DNA from: Rebecca billardiae RCC1528
Lineage: Eukaryota > Protista > Haptophyta
Direction of reading: 5' to 3'
DNA: 64,000 bases
Assembly (NCBI GenBank): GCA_965240325.2
Contig: OZ251225.1
Span: forward strand, 3,720,001-3,784,000
The position numbers and the translations under genes are program-made. The notes below the pieces were generated by a model, which was given only the letters and a program-made list of their open reading frames with translations, was not told the origin of the DNA and searched no databases. The first letter of the stretch is position 1, and every line of letters starts with the position of its first letter. Below, in pieces: positions 1 through 11,063 of this stretch.

Positions 1-619
1 ATATATGTGTGTTATACTAATTAATTAATACAGTGCATATCCGGCATAGCTAAGTGCATATCGGCTATAGTAGCGCGCCCGAAGTAGCGCGGCATATCCG
101 CGCGCGTCGACGGCGACTCGATCCGGACTCTCCGACGCCCGCCCTCGGCCTCGCCCTCGCAGAAATCAGAATCGTCGCGCCGACGCGGACTGGCGGCGGG
201 ACGGGGTTACCTAGACGGGTGACGCGGTTCACTGAGTGATCACTCACTTTCAGACACTCCGGATCCGGTCACTACTCCGACTGCTGACTGACTTATTCGA
301 TAAAGCTATTAAGTCCGGTAGACTCCGAGACGGTAGTTCAAGTTGCCTGTACGTATCATACGAATAACAGTACGTAGTCAGCGACAGCAGTATAGTAGTC
401 AGCGCGTGATGCAGCTGCAGTTCTGATGCCAGAGGCTCGTCGAGTCGTCGTCATGGATCCCATCGCGGATCCCCGCCCGAAATCACCACACCCGATCGAC
501 TCACGGAAGCCTCGTCAGCACCAGGCTGCACTCCAGGGCCCGGCGGATGGACCGGGTCGGGCCGTCGTCCCGAAGCGTCAGTATCGATGAGCAGTCTGAT
601 GAGACTGAGAGGACAAGGA

Positions 620-2614
620 TCAGTTGAAGAGCATGACGCACACCGTCACGTTGTCGGTGGTGCCGCGATCGAGCGCCTCGCCCACCAGCCGCTTGGCGAT
701 GAGCTCGGCCGAGCGCGCCGTCGCGAGCGCGAGGCGCACCGCCTCCGCAGGCGGCAGCACGTCCCACAGCCCGTCGGTGCCGAGCAGGGCGAACGAGTCC
801 TCTGGCCGCAGCGCCGTGGCCGTGCACTCGGGCGCCGGGCTGAGGCCGAGCGGGCGCAGCGCGCGGTCGCCGAGCGAGCGGGTGACCTCGATGACCCCGC
901 CGACGCGCAGGCTGCCGTCGCGCGCGCAGATCGCCGAGCCGCCCGCCGCCTTGATGCGCGCCGCCTCGTCCTCGCGCGCGAGCGTGTGCGGCGCGTTGAG
1001 CGGCAGCGCGCGCCCCGCGCGGCACAGCACCGCGCGGCAGTCGCCCACGTGCGCCACATGCAGCGTGGAGCGGGCGAGCACGCACGCGAGCGCGGTGGCG
1101 CCGGAGTCGTCGGACGCGTTCGAGCCGAGCCACGCGCTATCCGCCGCGCCGAACGCCTGCGCGAACGCCTCGTCCATCGCCGCCGCGCCGCCGCCGCCGC
1201 TGCCGCCGTGCTTGGCCAGGCCCGCCGCCAGCCGCGCCGGCAGCGTGCGCGCGCTGAAGTCGGCACACGCCGCGCCGCCATGGCCGTCGAGGACGAGGCA
1301 GAGGCTGGGGCGCGCGGCCGCGTCGGCGTGCACGCGGAGCGCGGCGCGGTCCTCCATCCGGTCCCACCCGCGCGGCCCGGCGGACGCCTCGACCGCCGCG
1401 CTCAGCCGCACTACCCCCGCCTCGGCGCCGTCGCGCGCCTTGCCCGCCGCCGCCCACGGCGCGAGAGCTGGCCCGTGGCGCACAACAGTGGCGGGCGCGC
1501 TGGCCTGGCCCGCGCCCGCGACAGCGGCGGCGGCGTCGGGCGCGAGCCCCTCGCGGCGGTGCGCGGCGGTCTTGAGCGCGTCCCGTGTCGCCGCGTGCGC
1601 CTCGGCCAGCCCGAGCCCCGCCTCGCGCAGCGCGCCCTCCATCACCTCGAGCGCGTGCGCGCCCGTCGGCCGAGACTCGGGCGCAGGCGCCCACAGCCGC
1701 ATGCACAGCACCGTGTACCCGGGGCACACCTCGCGCGCGGGGGCGGCGAAGTCGGCGTCGGCGTCGGCGGTCGGCGCGCCGAGGCCCTCCGCCGCCGCGG
1801 GCGCGGCGGCCGGCTCGGGCATCGTCGGCCTCAGCCCCTCCGCCACCACCGCCCTGAGCAGCCCGTCGAGCGAGAGCCGCGCCTCGATCACGGTGTGCAT
1901 CTCCTCGGAGGTCGTGCGCGCGTCTGAGTACGGGATGGCGCCCGTGGCGAGCTCGTTGGCGAGGATGCCCAGCGCGTACGCGTCGGAGGCGAAGCTCGCG
2001 GGCCGGTGCCGGATCAGCTCGGGCGCCATGTACGGCACCGTGCCGTTGAGGAACGCGCGGTGGAACCCTCCGGACGGGCGCGCGCGCGAGACGGCGAGGC
2101 CTGCCGCCTCCGCCTCCAGCTCAGACGCGCGCGCGGCGATGCCAAAGTCGGAGAGGATGGCACGCCCGTCGTCGGCGAGCAGGATGTTGTGCGGCTTCAC
2201 GTCCCGGTGCACCACGCCCACGCTGTGCGCGCACACCAGCGCGGCGCACACGTCGTGCGCGATGCCGAGCACGGCCGCGCGCTCGAGCGGCGCGGCGCCC
2301 GGCGCGTGCAGCAGGCGGTAGAGCGAGCCGTGGCGGTAGAATGGCATGACGAGCGCGTAGTTGGGCGGCTCGACGATCACAGCGACCACGCGTATCACGT
2401 GCTCGCCGTGCGCCTGCGCCGCGCACTCCTTGAGCAGCGCCGCCTCCGCCTCGAAGCGTGCGATCGACGACGGCTCTGTGATCTTGGCGCGCTTTACGGC
2501 GAGGCGCTCGGCCGGCGAGGAGGGCGCGCCGCCGCGCGTCGCGGCGAAGACGCGCGAGGTGGGCGACTCATGCAACGTCTCGCCGGCATGTAGGTCACTC
2601 CAGCCGAGCGTCAT
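620..2614 (-). CDS. Protein kinase + PP2C phosphatase fusion protein (intronless)
   Basis: N-terminal kinase motifs LAVKRA, VHRDVKPHNIL, SDFG, GTVPYMAPE, SDAYALG; C-terminal PP2C motifs RMED, VLDGHGG, SGATA, HVGDCRA, VTRSLGD, LGTDGLWD, TTDNVT. Confidence 0.92.
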   Translation of the reverse strand: MTLGWSDLHAGETLHESPTSRVFAATRGGAPSSPAERLAVKRAKITEPSSIARFEAEAALLKECAAQAHGEHVIRVVAVIVEPPNYALVMPFYRHGSLYRLLHAPGAAPLERAAVLGIAHDVCAALVCAHSVGVVHRDVKPHNILLADDGRAILSDFGIAARASELEAEAAGLAVSRARPSGGFHRAFLNGTVPYMAPELIRHRPASFASDAYALGILANELATGAIPYSDARTTSEEMHTVIEARLSLDGLLRAVVAEGLRPTMPEPAAAPAAAEGLGAPTADADADFAAPAREVCPGYTVLCMRLWAPAPESRPTGAHALEVMEGALREAGLGLAEAHAATRDALKTAAHRREGLAPDAAAAVAGAGQASAPATVVRHGPALAPWAAAGKARDGAEAGVVRLSAAVEASAGPRGWDRMEDRAALRVHADAAARPSLCLVLDGHGGAACADFSARTLPARLAAGLAKHGGSGGGGAAAMDEAFAQAFGAADSAWLGSNASDDSGATALACVLARSTLHVAHVGDCRAVLCRAGRALPLNAPHTLAREDEAARIKAAGGSAICARDGSLRVGGVIEVTRSLGDRALRPLGLSPAPECTATALRPEDSFALLGTDGLWDVLPPAEAVRLALATARSAELIAKRLVGEALDRGTTDNVTVCVMLFN

Positions 2615-2742
2615 GGTGGTCGCCTATTGCGTCGTGATGACGATGCGAGCTCGGCAGTGCGCCAATGGACCGTGCCCGTGCCGGAACGCAAGTCCCAGAT
2701 GAGGACGTGTTCGTCGCCGCCGCCCGAGAAGAGCTCGTTGCT
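2611..2742 (-). pseudogene. Orphan terminal exon encoding one WD40 repeat
   Basis: After a GCGCAG acceptor (2745-2743) the frame reads SNELFSGGGDEHVLIWDLRSG... to TGA at 2613-2611; no upstream WD40 exon recognised. Confidence 0.5.
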
Positions 2743-2820
2743 CTGCGCCCGCGCCGCCAGCGTGGTGGAACCAAAGGACCATCAAAGTGGAACCGCGTGG
2801 TCACGACTCGCGGCTGTACT

Positions 2821-2876
2821 ACAGTTTACTAAGAATAAGAGACGCACACAGCTCAGGCAGGCGAGATTGACGCCCG
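2821..2876 (+). repeat. Dispersed ~55-bp element, copy A
   Basis: ACAGTTTACTAAGAATAAGAGACGCACACAGCTCAGGCAGGCGAGATTGACGCCCG, identical to the copy at 14577-14632. Confidence 0.9.
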
Positions 2877-3328
2877 CCAACTGTCACCGCCCATGAAGCC
2901 GTCGCCGATGGTAGCGCCGCCGGAAAAATTCGTTCAGCCGTCCGCCTGCGAGGCCTGGACGAGGGCTGCGGCCGCCTCGCGGCGCGCCAGCGCCCGTCGT
3001 CCTCGCCCCACCGTCGTCCACAAAACGTCGTCGTCCGAACTCGCCGACTGGGCGCCGATGCGACAGCTACAATGTAGATTGTGAGATGAGACGCGATGAA
3101 TGTGACGAATCTGCTTGCGCTAGCTACAGCCTACAGGCAGCAGTTTCTAAACTCTAAAGACTAAATCCGAACCACGTCTACGGTCTCAGCGGTAATCAGC
3201 ACCCAGCGGTGGGAATCCGCTGCGTCTAGTCACGCATGAATCGAACGCCTACACCATACACCGGAAGCATAGTCGTCGAGTGGCCCATGGCAGACACATG
3301 GCACCGCTGCGGTGCGCTGACGCGCAGC

Positions 3329-4936
3329 TCAATGCCGCGTGTTGTAGCCGACGTGGTGTCGGCGCGCGACGTCTGGTGGCGGCACGACGGATGCGGGTGC
3401 GGCGCCCACGGGTGCTGGCCGTGGCGGCCCGGCGCCAACCGGCGCGGACGGGAACCCCTTGTTGTGCCGGTCACCATTCCCCACCTTGAGGTGTTCTGCC
3501 ACTTCGTGCTGCGGGGTATCCGCGCGCAGGTCGAAGGGAGCGCGCGCGTGACGAGTGAGTCGCACGCGGCGCGTGGGGGGGCAAGGGGCAGCGCAGCGCG
3601 CGCTGTGTTCGCGAGGGCAGGCGCGCGGGCTCACCTCGAGGAATTCCACCGAGGCACGCCTCCCCACGCGGCCCGCGAGGTTTGCCGCATCGTGGTGCCG
3701 GTCGTCCTCGATCGTCGCGTCCGCGCCGTGCTTCACACTGCGCCGCGCGGATGGGGAGAGAAGGGTGCGGTGGTGAGCGCGCGCGCGCGTGCCGGCAAGC
3801 CGCGCCGCCGCGCGCGGCCTGCGCGCCGCCCGCGCCGCGCCGCGTGCTGCGCGCACAGCAGCTCGATGATTGGCTCCTCGCAGCGGTACGAGGCGATGTG
3901 CAGCGGTGTGCGGTGGTGCAGGTCCAGCGCGTTGATGTCCACCTGCTTCGACTTGATCACCGCCTCGATGCACGCCCTGTCCCCCCTGAAGCACGCCTCG
4001 TGCAGCACCGTCCAGCCGTCGAGTGACATCTCGTACAGGTGCGCATTCTTCGAGATGAGCCACTCGAGCATCTCGATCTGGCCGTACTCGGCGGCGTAGT
4101 GCGCGGCGGTCTTGCCGCGCTTGTCCGGATAGTCCATCTCCGCGCCGCGCTTCTTCAGCTCGATCGCCACCACGACCGCGTGCGAGCCGCCGATGCGCGC
4201 GACCTTGTGCAGCGGCGTCTCGCCCTTGTCGTCGCAGATGTTCGTCTTCACGCCCTCGAGGAGCATCTTGTCGACGAGCTGCCAGTCGCCGATGGTGCAC
4301 GCGTCGAGGAATTCCATCTCGGGCTTGGTCGCGTGCCGCTTCACGTCGGAGCTCTTGTTCAGCGGGATCTTCACCTCGGAGGTGAGCGAGAGCTTGCGCA
4401 CGGTCGTCGAGCGCTCAAACGGCGTCATCATCGCGCGCCGCCGCGCCTCCTCGGCCTTGCGCTCCATCTCCTGCTGCTGCGACTTGCGCCGCTCGTTGTT
4501 GGCCACGCCTTGCTTCTCCTTCTCGATGTCCGAGGCGAGCGACTCGAGCCGCATCAGCTCGAGCAGCTGCTCGTCCGTCATGTTGTCGGTGTTGACCACG
4601 TCGTGCAGCTTGCCATTCGCCTTGAACGTGAAGCCAAGGTGGAGCGCGAGCTCGTCGAGCGTGATGCTGCCGCTGCCATCGCGGTCGACCTGCTTGAATG
4701 TGTCCAGCATGTCCTGCTCCGTCTTGAGCGGGTTCACCTGCGCCGATGAGCACGCACGGCGCGCGCGCGCGCGCGGTGTCAGCTCGGCTCGCGCGCGCCG
4801 CGCCAGGAGCGGCCGCGCGCATGCGCACCATGAAGTAGGCCTTCTTGAACTCGTCGACCGAGATCGAGCCGTCAAAGTCGGTGTCGATCTCAGCCATGAC
4901 ATGCTGCAGCGTGCCGTACAGCCGTTGTGCGTTCAT
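3329..4936 (-). CDS. EF-hand + ankyrin-repeat protein (4 exons)
   Basis: EF-hands DTDFDGSISVDEF and DRDGSGSITLDEL; ankyrin motifs GETPLHKVA, GKTAAHYAA, GWTVLHEAC, RTPLHIAS; GT-AG introns 4828-4738, 3856-3738 and 3634-~3509 join into one open frame. Confidence 0.85.
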
Positions 4937-5405
4937 GCTTGTTGCTCGTGCGCGCGGTTCGCGCTGCGGTGGGTGGAGGTGAGAGGTGTCTCACTGGGTT
5001 GTCGGTCGGCCGGCCCGACGTACCCACCCGTCTTAAGACTTCCCTTTCCTGACACACCACCTGACGTGCTTACTTAATGTGTCAGGTGTGAAACGGCGTG
5101 AAACTTCCGCTTTTCCTCGAGCGGCCTCCGTATATCCACCAATCACGAGCCAGCGAAGCCTTCGACTTCGTCAGTCAGAGCGGGAACGTCGTAAGGTTTC
5201 CGAAGCGCATGCTTCAGCGCCCGAGCGGCACAATAATAATAGCCAAACGGCGAGCGCCCGTTCCTAGAGATGCAGTGAGGTGAGGGTAACGGCTCAACCC
5301 TTTGTAACGGCATACGATGTCGGTCCGCCCCGAGAATCGCGGCCGCCCGTCATCCCTCACTCCTCAGCCCTGGTCACTGGAGGGGGACTTCTCGGCGCGG
5401 GAGTC

Positions 5406-8400
5406 TCAGACCGCCGCCACCACCTCGAGAGAGAATGGGCTCGTCCCGACGTGCTCACGCGCGAGCGTGCCGCCGTCCGCCGTCGCTGTCGTGACGTGCA
5501 GCGCGCACGGCCCGGCGCGCTCGGGCGCCACGAGCAGACCCGCGTACGTGCCGTCTCCCAGGTCGGCCAGCTCGAGGTCGGTCAGCGCAGAGGGCGGCGG
5601 CCCGACGATGCGCGCGCGGAAGTGCGCGCCACCCGTGCGGTGCGCGTTGCCGTGCGCGTCGACGGCGCGCACGCGCACGCGCACGCCCTCGCCCGCGCGC
5701 ACGCGCATGCCGCTGACGACGCCCTCCACCGCAGACGCGCGCGCGCTCGCCGCCGCGGGGAGCACGACGAGCGCGTGCGGCGACGCGCCGAGAGGCACGC
5801 CCTCGGCGCCCACGCCCTGCGCCGGCACGCTCCCGGGCGCGGGGCGCAGCCGCACGTCGAGCACGTGAGCGCCCGCGAGCGTGGGCGTCCACAGCGCCAC
5901 CCAGCCGCCGCTGGACGCGTCGCGGGACAGAGCGAGCGCATGCGTGCGTGTGCGCGCGGGCACGGCCAGCCACGCGGCGACGCCTGGCGCCTCGCTCGGC
6001 CCCGCGCCGCCGGCTGCGTCCGCGCCGCTGCCGCTGCCCTCCGCGCGCGCCACCGCGCCCCCCCGCACCGCCGCGCTCACAAAGCCCGCCTCTGTGCCCG
6101 CGCGCGCGCCCGCGTTGCCATAGCGGTCGGCAGTTGGCAGCTCGAGGGCAGCGCGCACGCCGGCGACGAGGACGAGCGCGGCCGAGCGTGGCGGCGGGGT
6201 GGGCGGCGAAGGAAGGGCGTCCTCCGAGCCGGGAAGCGCGCGCACGGCGACAGAGGCGGCGGGGCTCAGCGCGGCGGGTCGCACGAGCACGCGCACGGCC
6301 GCGCCGCCGTGCGCGCGCACGGCGCGCCAGCCCACGGCAGAAGCCGCGCGAGCCGCGTCGCGACCATCACCGCCGGGGATGGTGGCGAGCGCGCCCTCGG
6401 CACTCGCGCCGTGCCCGCCCTCGGCGCCGCCCTCGGCCCAGGCTGGCGGCGGCGTCTCCGCGCCCGCCGCCGCCGCCTCCGCCTCGGGCCGCGCGCGGAG
6501 CGCGGCGCGCAGCGTGTACTCTCCCGCGCGCGTCGGCCACAGCAGCCCGGCCCACGCAGCAGCGCGCTTGGGGGCGCGCGCGCCCGCGCCTTCGGCGTGG
6601 GCAGGCGCGCCGGCGGTGTCCGCATCGGCCACGCCGGCCAGCGCCTCACGCGGCACGGCGCGCACAGGCGGCGGCGCGTCGTCCGCGCCGCCGCCGTGCG
6701 CACTTCTGCCCTCCAGCCAAGCCGCGATCTCGAGCGCACGCGCCGCGTCTGCGCCGAGCGCGTTGCCGTGCGCGTCGCGCAGGAGGACGTGCGCGCACAC
6801 GGCCTCGCCCGCGCACACGCTGAGCGCGGGGACGGCGGGCGGGGCGGAGGCCGAGCCGGTCGGAGCGCCGCCGCGCGCCTCAGCCCGCGAGGCTCGCGCC
6901 TCGCAGCGCGACGCGTCGGCCGCGCCCGCGCGCACGCGCACGAGCGCAGCGCCTCGCGCCGCCTCCCACCCGCTGCGACTCGCCGGCCGCGCCGCCTCGC
7001 CGCCCACCTCGACGCGCAGGGCGTACCGGCCTGCGAGGGTGGCGCTCAGCGCACCGCGGTACGTGCCGTCCCCCGCGTCCGCGAGCTCGAGCTCGAAGCG
7101 CGCCGTCGGAGGCACGATACCGAACAAGCGCTCGGCGTCCGCCGCCGCCGCCTCCGCCTCCGCCGCCTCCGCCACGGCCGCGGCCGCCGCGCCGCTGTTG
7201 GCACCGCGGCGGCCGGCGCCGCGCGCCTCAGCGGGGCGCTTGCCGCGCGGCGACGAGCGCGCGCGCGCGGCCTCTGGGCGTGGCGACCGCGCCCACGCCG
7301 ACGCCTCGCCGGGCGCACCGCCCAGGACGGCTGCTGCGCCGCCATGTGCGAGCAGTGCTGCCAGCTGCAGCGCACCCTCGCCCACCGCCGCCTCCGCGCC
7401 CTCCGCGCCTGCCGAGCGCGCGCGCGCCGGCGGCTGCGGCGTGCCTCGGCCAAGGAGGAGCAGCCGCGCGCGCACGTGCGCGCCGCCGTGCGCGCACCAC
7501 ACGCCGGCCGCGTCGGCGGTGCGCAGCACGAAGCGCACGCGCTCGCCCGCGCGCACCGCGCCGCCGTCCGCGCCGCCCGGCAGCGGTGCCACTTCGAGTT
7601 GCGAGCGGCCGGCGTGCGCGCTGCCCGCGCGCACCGCCACGCGCCACGGGGCGCCCGCGACGAGCTCGCCGCGCACGCGCACGCGAAGCTCGTGCGCGCC
7701 CGCGCGGCGCGCCGTGTACTCGCCGCGTAGCCACCCCGGCTCGGCCTCAGGCCCTGCCGCCGCGTGCGCCGCCGCGTGCGCCGCCGCGTGCGCCGCCGTC
7801 GCCGTCTGGGGCCCAGTCGCAAAGACAAGGGGTACGGGGCGGTCGTCCTCTGCGGGGGCGGCGGCGGTGGGCGCGCCGTCACGCTGGAGCGGCACGAGCT
7901 CGCCCTCCACCTCGCCCGGCGCTGGCGCCGTCGCGTTGCCCTGCGCATCCGCCGAGCTCAGCCAGAGCGCCGTCGGCACGGCCGCCTGCGCGCTGAGCAT
8001 GCCCGCGCCGCGCACGGACGTGCGCGCCGCCACGGCCGGCCCCGGCGAGACGAGGAGGCGGAAGGGGGAGCCGGGCACGTGCAGCTCGGCGTCGGCGCCG
8101 CCGTCCTCCCGCGGCTCGAGCGCGCGCACCCGCCCCGAGAACGGCGGCAGCGCGCGCAGCTGCGCCCCACTCAGCACCGCGTGCGCGCGCACACGCAGCC
8201 TGCACACGCCCGCGCGCTCGGCCGTGTAGAGGCACGCGTGCGAGCCGTCGGGCTGCGCGGCCGCGTGCACGGCGGGCTGCGAGGTGCGCGGCTCGGACGC
8301 GCCGGAGGCAGGGGGCGCGTCGTACTCGATGTGCGCGTGCACGCGCAGCCCGCGCACGCGCACGGCCGAGCCGCTGCCGTCGGTGGGCAGCACGCTGAAG

Positions 8401-9320
8401 CGCGCGGCCACGCCGCTCACGGCGCGCGAGACGCCTGGGCCTCGCACGTGCAGCACTGGCACCGGTGCGGTCGAGCGCGACGGGGAGGGCCGACGCGCGC
8501 GCGCCGCGGATCGGGCGCTCGGCTCGTTCGTCACGCGTGGAGCGTTCGCCTTGAATCCGGCCGTCCGCCACGCTCGCCGCCCGTCCGTTGGGCTCGCAGC
8601 CGCGTCGCGCGCGCTAGTCGCGCGCCGCGCGCTCGCACTCGCGGCCGAGAGGGCGGCCGCTCCGGCCGGCGCTCGAGGCGGCGCGCTGGGCGCAGCCGCG
8701 CAGCCAGTGGGCCCCGTCCACGTGGACGCGGCACCGACGAAGACGTGCGTGCCGTGCGCGCCTTCGGATGGCAGGCTGGCGCCCAGCGCTGCCACGGCGC
8801 AGGCGGTCGCGAGCGTCAGCTCACCCGACGTGCCAAGGGCCGGCATCGCAGGCGCCGCACTCGGCACGGGCCGCGGTGTGCGCGGCGCGGGCACCACCGA
8901 AGGCGTGGGGGACAGAGCCCGTATCGGAAGTGTGGGCGTGCTCGGTCGCGTGCGGCCCGCCGAATCGGGCGTTGAGCTCGCCGTCGCGCGCGCCGTGCTC
9001 GTAGCGCGCGGCGAGGCAGCACGACGCACAGCCAGCGCACGCGAGCCCACAGAGCGCGCCCGCGGGCGCTGTGGCCGTGCCGGTGGCGGCGGCGTCGGTG
9101 CAGCCTCGCGCCCGAGTGGTTTGATACTCGGCGAGAGCGCACGCGCCGGCGTGCGAGCCTCGAGCCAGCGCGTGGCCTCTGCGGCGCCCTCGTACACCAG
9201 CCAGCGCTGATCAGCCGCGCCCCGAGACGCGCGCAAAGCCGGCTCGACGCGCGTGGTGGCCGCGCGTCGAGCACTGCGCGTTGGGCTGGGGTGAGAGACG
9301 GGCGAGCTGGGCGTATTCAT
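5406..9320 (-). CDS. Filamin/ABP280 Ig-repeat protein
   Basis: Repeated filamin-like motifs HVPGSPFRLLV, GELVAGAPWRVAV, DAGDGTYRG..AGRYALRV, DLGDGTY..HVGTSPFSLEV; start chosen at MNTPSS because the upstream ORF extension overlaps LPAAT antisense. Confidence 0.8.
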   Translation of the reverse strand: MNTPSSPVSHPSPTRSARRAATTRVEPALRASRGAADQRWLVYEGAAEATRWLEARTPARALSPSIKPLGREAAPTPPPPARPQRPRARSVGSRALAVRRAASPRATSTARATASSTPDSAGRTRPSTPTLPIRALSPTPSVVPAPRTPRPVPSAAPAMPALGTSGELTLATACAVAALGASLPSEGAHGTHVFVGAASTWTGPTGCAAAPSAPPRAPAGAAALSAASASARRATSARDAAASPTDGRRAWRTAGFKANAPRVTNEPSARSAARARRPSPSRSTAPVPVLHVRGPGVSRAVSGVAARFSVLPTDGSGSAVRVRGLRVHAHIEYDAPPASGASEPRTSQPAVHAAAQPDGSHACLYTAERAGVCRLRVRAHAVLSGAQLRALPPFSGRVRALEPREDGGADAELHVPGSPFRLLVSPGPAVAARTSVRGAGMLSAQAAVPTALWLSSADAQGNATAPAPGEVEGELVPLQRDGAPTAAAPAEDDRPVPLVFATGPQTATAAHAAAHAAAHAAAGPEAEPGWLRGEYTARRAGAHELRVRVRGELVAGAPWRVAVRAGSAHAGRSQLEVAPLPGGADGGAVRAGERVRFVLRTADAAGVWCAHGGAHVRARLLLLGRGTPQPPARARSAGAEGAEAAVGEGALQLAALLAHGGAAAVLGGAPGEASAWARSPRPEAARARSSPRGKRPAEARGAGRRGANSGAAAAAVAEAAEAEAAAADAERLFGIVPPTARFELELADAGDGTYRGALSATLAGRYALRVEVGGEAARPASRSGWEAARGAALVRVRAGAADASRCEARASRAEARGGAPTGSASAPPAVPALSVCAGEAVCAHVLLRDAHGNALGADAARALEIAAWLEGRSAHGGGADDAPPPVRAVPREALAGVADADTAGAPAHAEGAGARAPKRAAAWAGLLWPTRAGEYTLRAALRARPEAEAAAAGAETPPPAWAEGGAEGGHGASAEGALATIPGGDGRDAARAASAVGWRAVRAHGGAAVRVLVRPAALSPAASVAVRALPGSEDALPSPPTPPPRSAALVLVAGVRAALELPTADRYGNAGARAGTEAGFVSAAVRGGAVARAEGSGSGADAAGGAGPSEAPGVAAWLAVPARTRTHALALSRDASSGGWVALWTPTLAGAHVLDVRLRPAPGSVPAQGVGAEGVPLGASPHALVVLPAAASARASAVEGVVSGMRVRAGEGVRVRVRAVDAHGNAHRTGGAHFRARIVGPPPSALTDLELADLGDGTYAGLLVAPERAGPCALHVTTATADGGTLAREHVGTSPFSLEVVAAV

Positions 9321-9563
9321 CTGAGCTGGCGTGCGCCAGCCCTCGGCCAGGGCGTACACGAGCTCTTGCGTCCTCAAAGCAGCAACGCGCCTGGAGCCGT
9401 CGACGGACTCGACGCCATGCTGATTGATGGGCGTTCTTCCGGCTTTTTTGGGTGAGGTGGGCAGGTGGGCCGCCGCGCCATTATTTTTTATTTTCGCGCG
9501 ATCGACGAAATCGCAAAATACCGCGTAATAATTGCGACCGCGCGCATCCGCCCGATCCCCACG

Positions 9564-10644
9564 ATGCACACCGTTGCGCTGGCGCTGCTGGCTGCCGTGG
9601 GCCCGCGCGTGTGCACGCGGGCGGGGCTGCATGCGCCCGCATTGTGCGGCGCGTACAGGCCTCTGCCTCGGCCGCTCGAGCATCGCGCACCACGGGCCAT
9701 GCCCGTGGCGAACACAGCGGCTGTGGCGATGCCCATGACGGCCGCGGAGGACGAGCCGGTGCCATGGCCTGCGCTCAAACTTGGCAGCAAAGTGCTCAAC
9801 CTGTACTCCGTGGCGTTCCTCTTCATCAACCTGGCGTCGCTCGTCGTCGCGTACCCGCTGCTCCTCGTCGCCTCCGCGCACTCGCTGCTCTTCGACCGCA
9901 AGCGCCGCCGCGCGATCGACATGGTGGTGAAGGTGTGGGCGAAGCTGTGCCTGCTGTTCTTCCTGGGCTGCCGGCCCAAGGTGACGGGCGCGGAGCACCT
10001 GCCGCCGGCGACGAAGCCCGCGCTGCTCACGCCGAACCACTGCTCCTTCCTCGACATCTTCGCCCTCTCCGCAGCGCTGCCCCGCTCCGTCAAGTACGTG
10101 AGTAAGGCGGAGATCCTCAGGATCCCGTTCATCGGCTGGGCGATGCAGCTGGCGGGGCACATCGCGCTGCGGCGCGCTGACCGGAAGAGCCAGCTGCAGA
10201 CGTTCCGTGACTCGGTGCAGTGCCTGAAAGACGGCAACGCGCTGGTGCGCGCCCGCGCGCACGCCGCCGCCGAGCGTCGCGCCCGCCTCCGCCCCACCGG
10301 CTGAGCCTGCCTGCCACCCGCGACGCGCCGTGCCGCCGCGGCTGCAGGTGACTTTCCCCGAGGGCACGCGCAGCCCGACGCAGGTGCTCGGCGCGTTCAA
10401 GGCGGGACCCTTCAAGATGGCCGCCTCGTCAGGCGCGCCCGTCATCCCCATCTCCATCGTCAACACCGCGCGCGCAATGCCTGTGAGCTCACTGCTGCCC
10501 ATCCGGCGCGCGGGCGGCATCGAGATTGTCGTCCACCCGCCCATCGACCCGGCGGGGCGCGACACGGACGAGGTGTGCAAGGAGGCGCGCGCCGCGGTGG
10601 CGTCGGGCTTGCCCGAGTGGATGCGGCCGCCATCTAGCGGCTAG
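9564..10644 (+). CDS. plsC: 1-acyl-sn-glycerol-3-phosphate acyltransferase (LPAAT/PlsC), probably plastid-targeted
   Basis: NHCSFLD and FPEGTRS motifs; hydrophobic N-terminus; intron 10245-10347. Confidence 0.92.
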
Positions 10645-11063
10645 GCGGGCGCTGGGGACGCGCCCTCGTCGCGGACCAAACATGCACATGCGCGCGCTGC
10701 GCATGCTTCTGTATTCCGAGCAGCGGCGGCCCGTCAGCACTCAGCCGCCGTCTTTATTTGACTTTTGGACGATGTCGCCATACATAACTTCGGTTTCGGC
10801 TAGGGCCTAGGCGGAGGACCGCGCGGCCGCCGGTTATTCAGTCTCAAATAACTGCTACATCAGTGTCAGTCATCCAATGACTGTAGTGAGACTGTACGGC
10901 CGGCGCGGCGCGGCCGTGTGGCGTGTCGGCGTAGTCTCAGTGCTTCGCGCTGATGCTGAATCTAGCAGGACGACGCTCTGCTCGCATCACGTGCTCGACG
11001 ATGACGATCTGCGACTGCGATCATCATATTGAGAGACTGTACAGTCTGCTCAGCGTCTCAGTC

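Noticed and set aside
587-2321. Long plus-strand ORFs (446 aa, 565 aa) and similar Arg/Ala-rich overlapping ORFs across the window, e.g. 5280-7730, 14982-17417, 32831-34948, 39943-42114
   Set aside because: Antisense or off-frame shadows of real genes, expected at this GC content; no domain motifs
9321-10580. N-terminal extension of the 1724-aa ORF
   Set aside because: It is the antisense of the LPAAT gene; the filamin protein more plausibly starts at 9320
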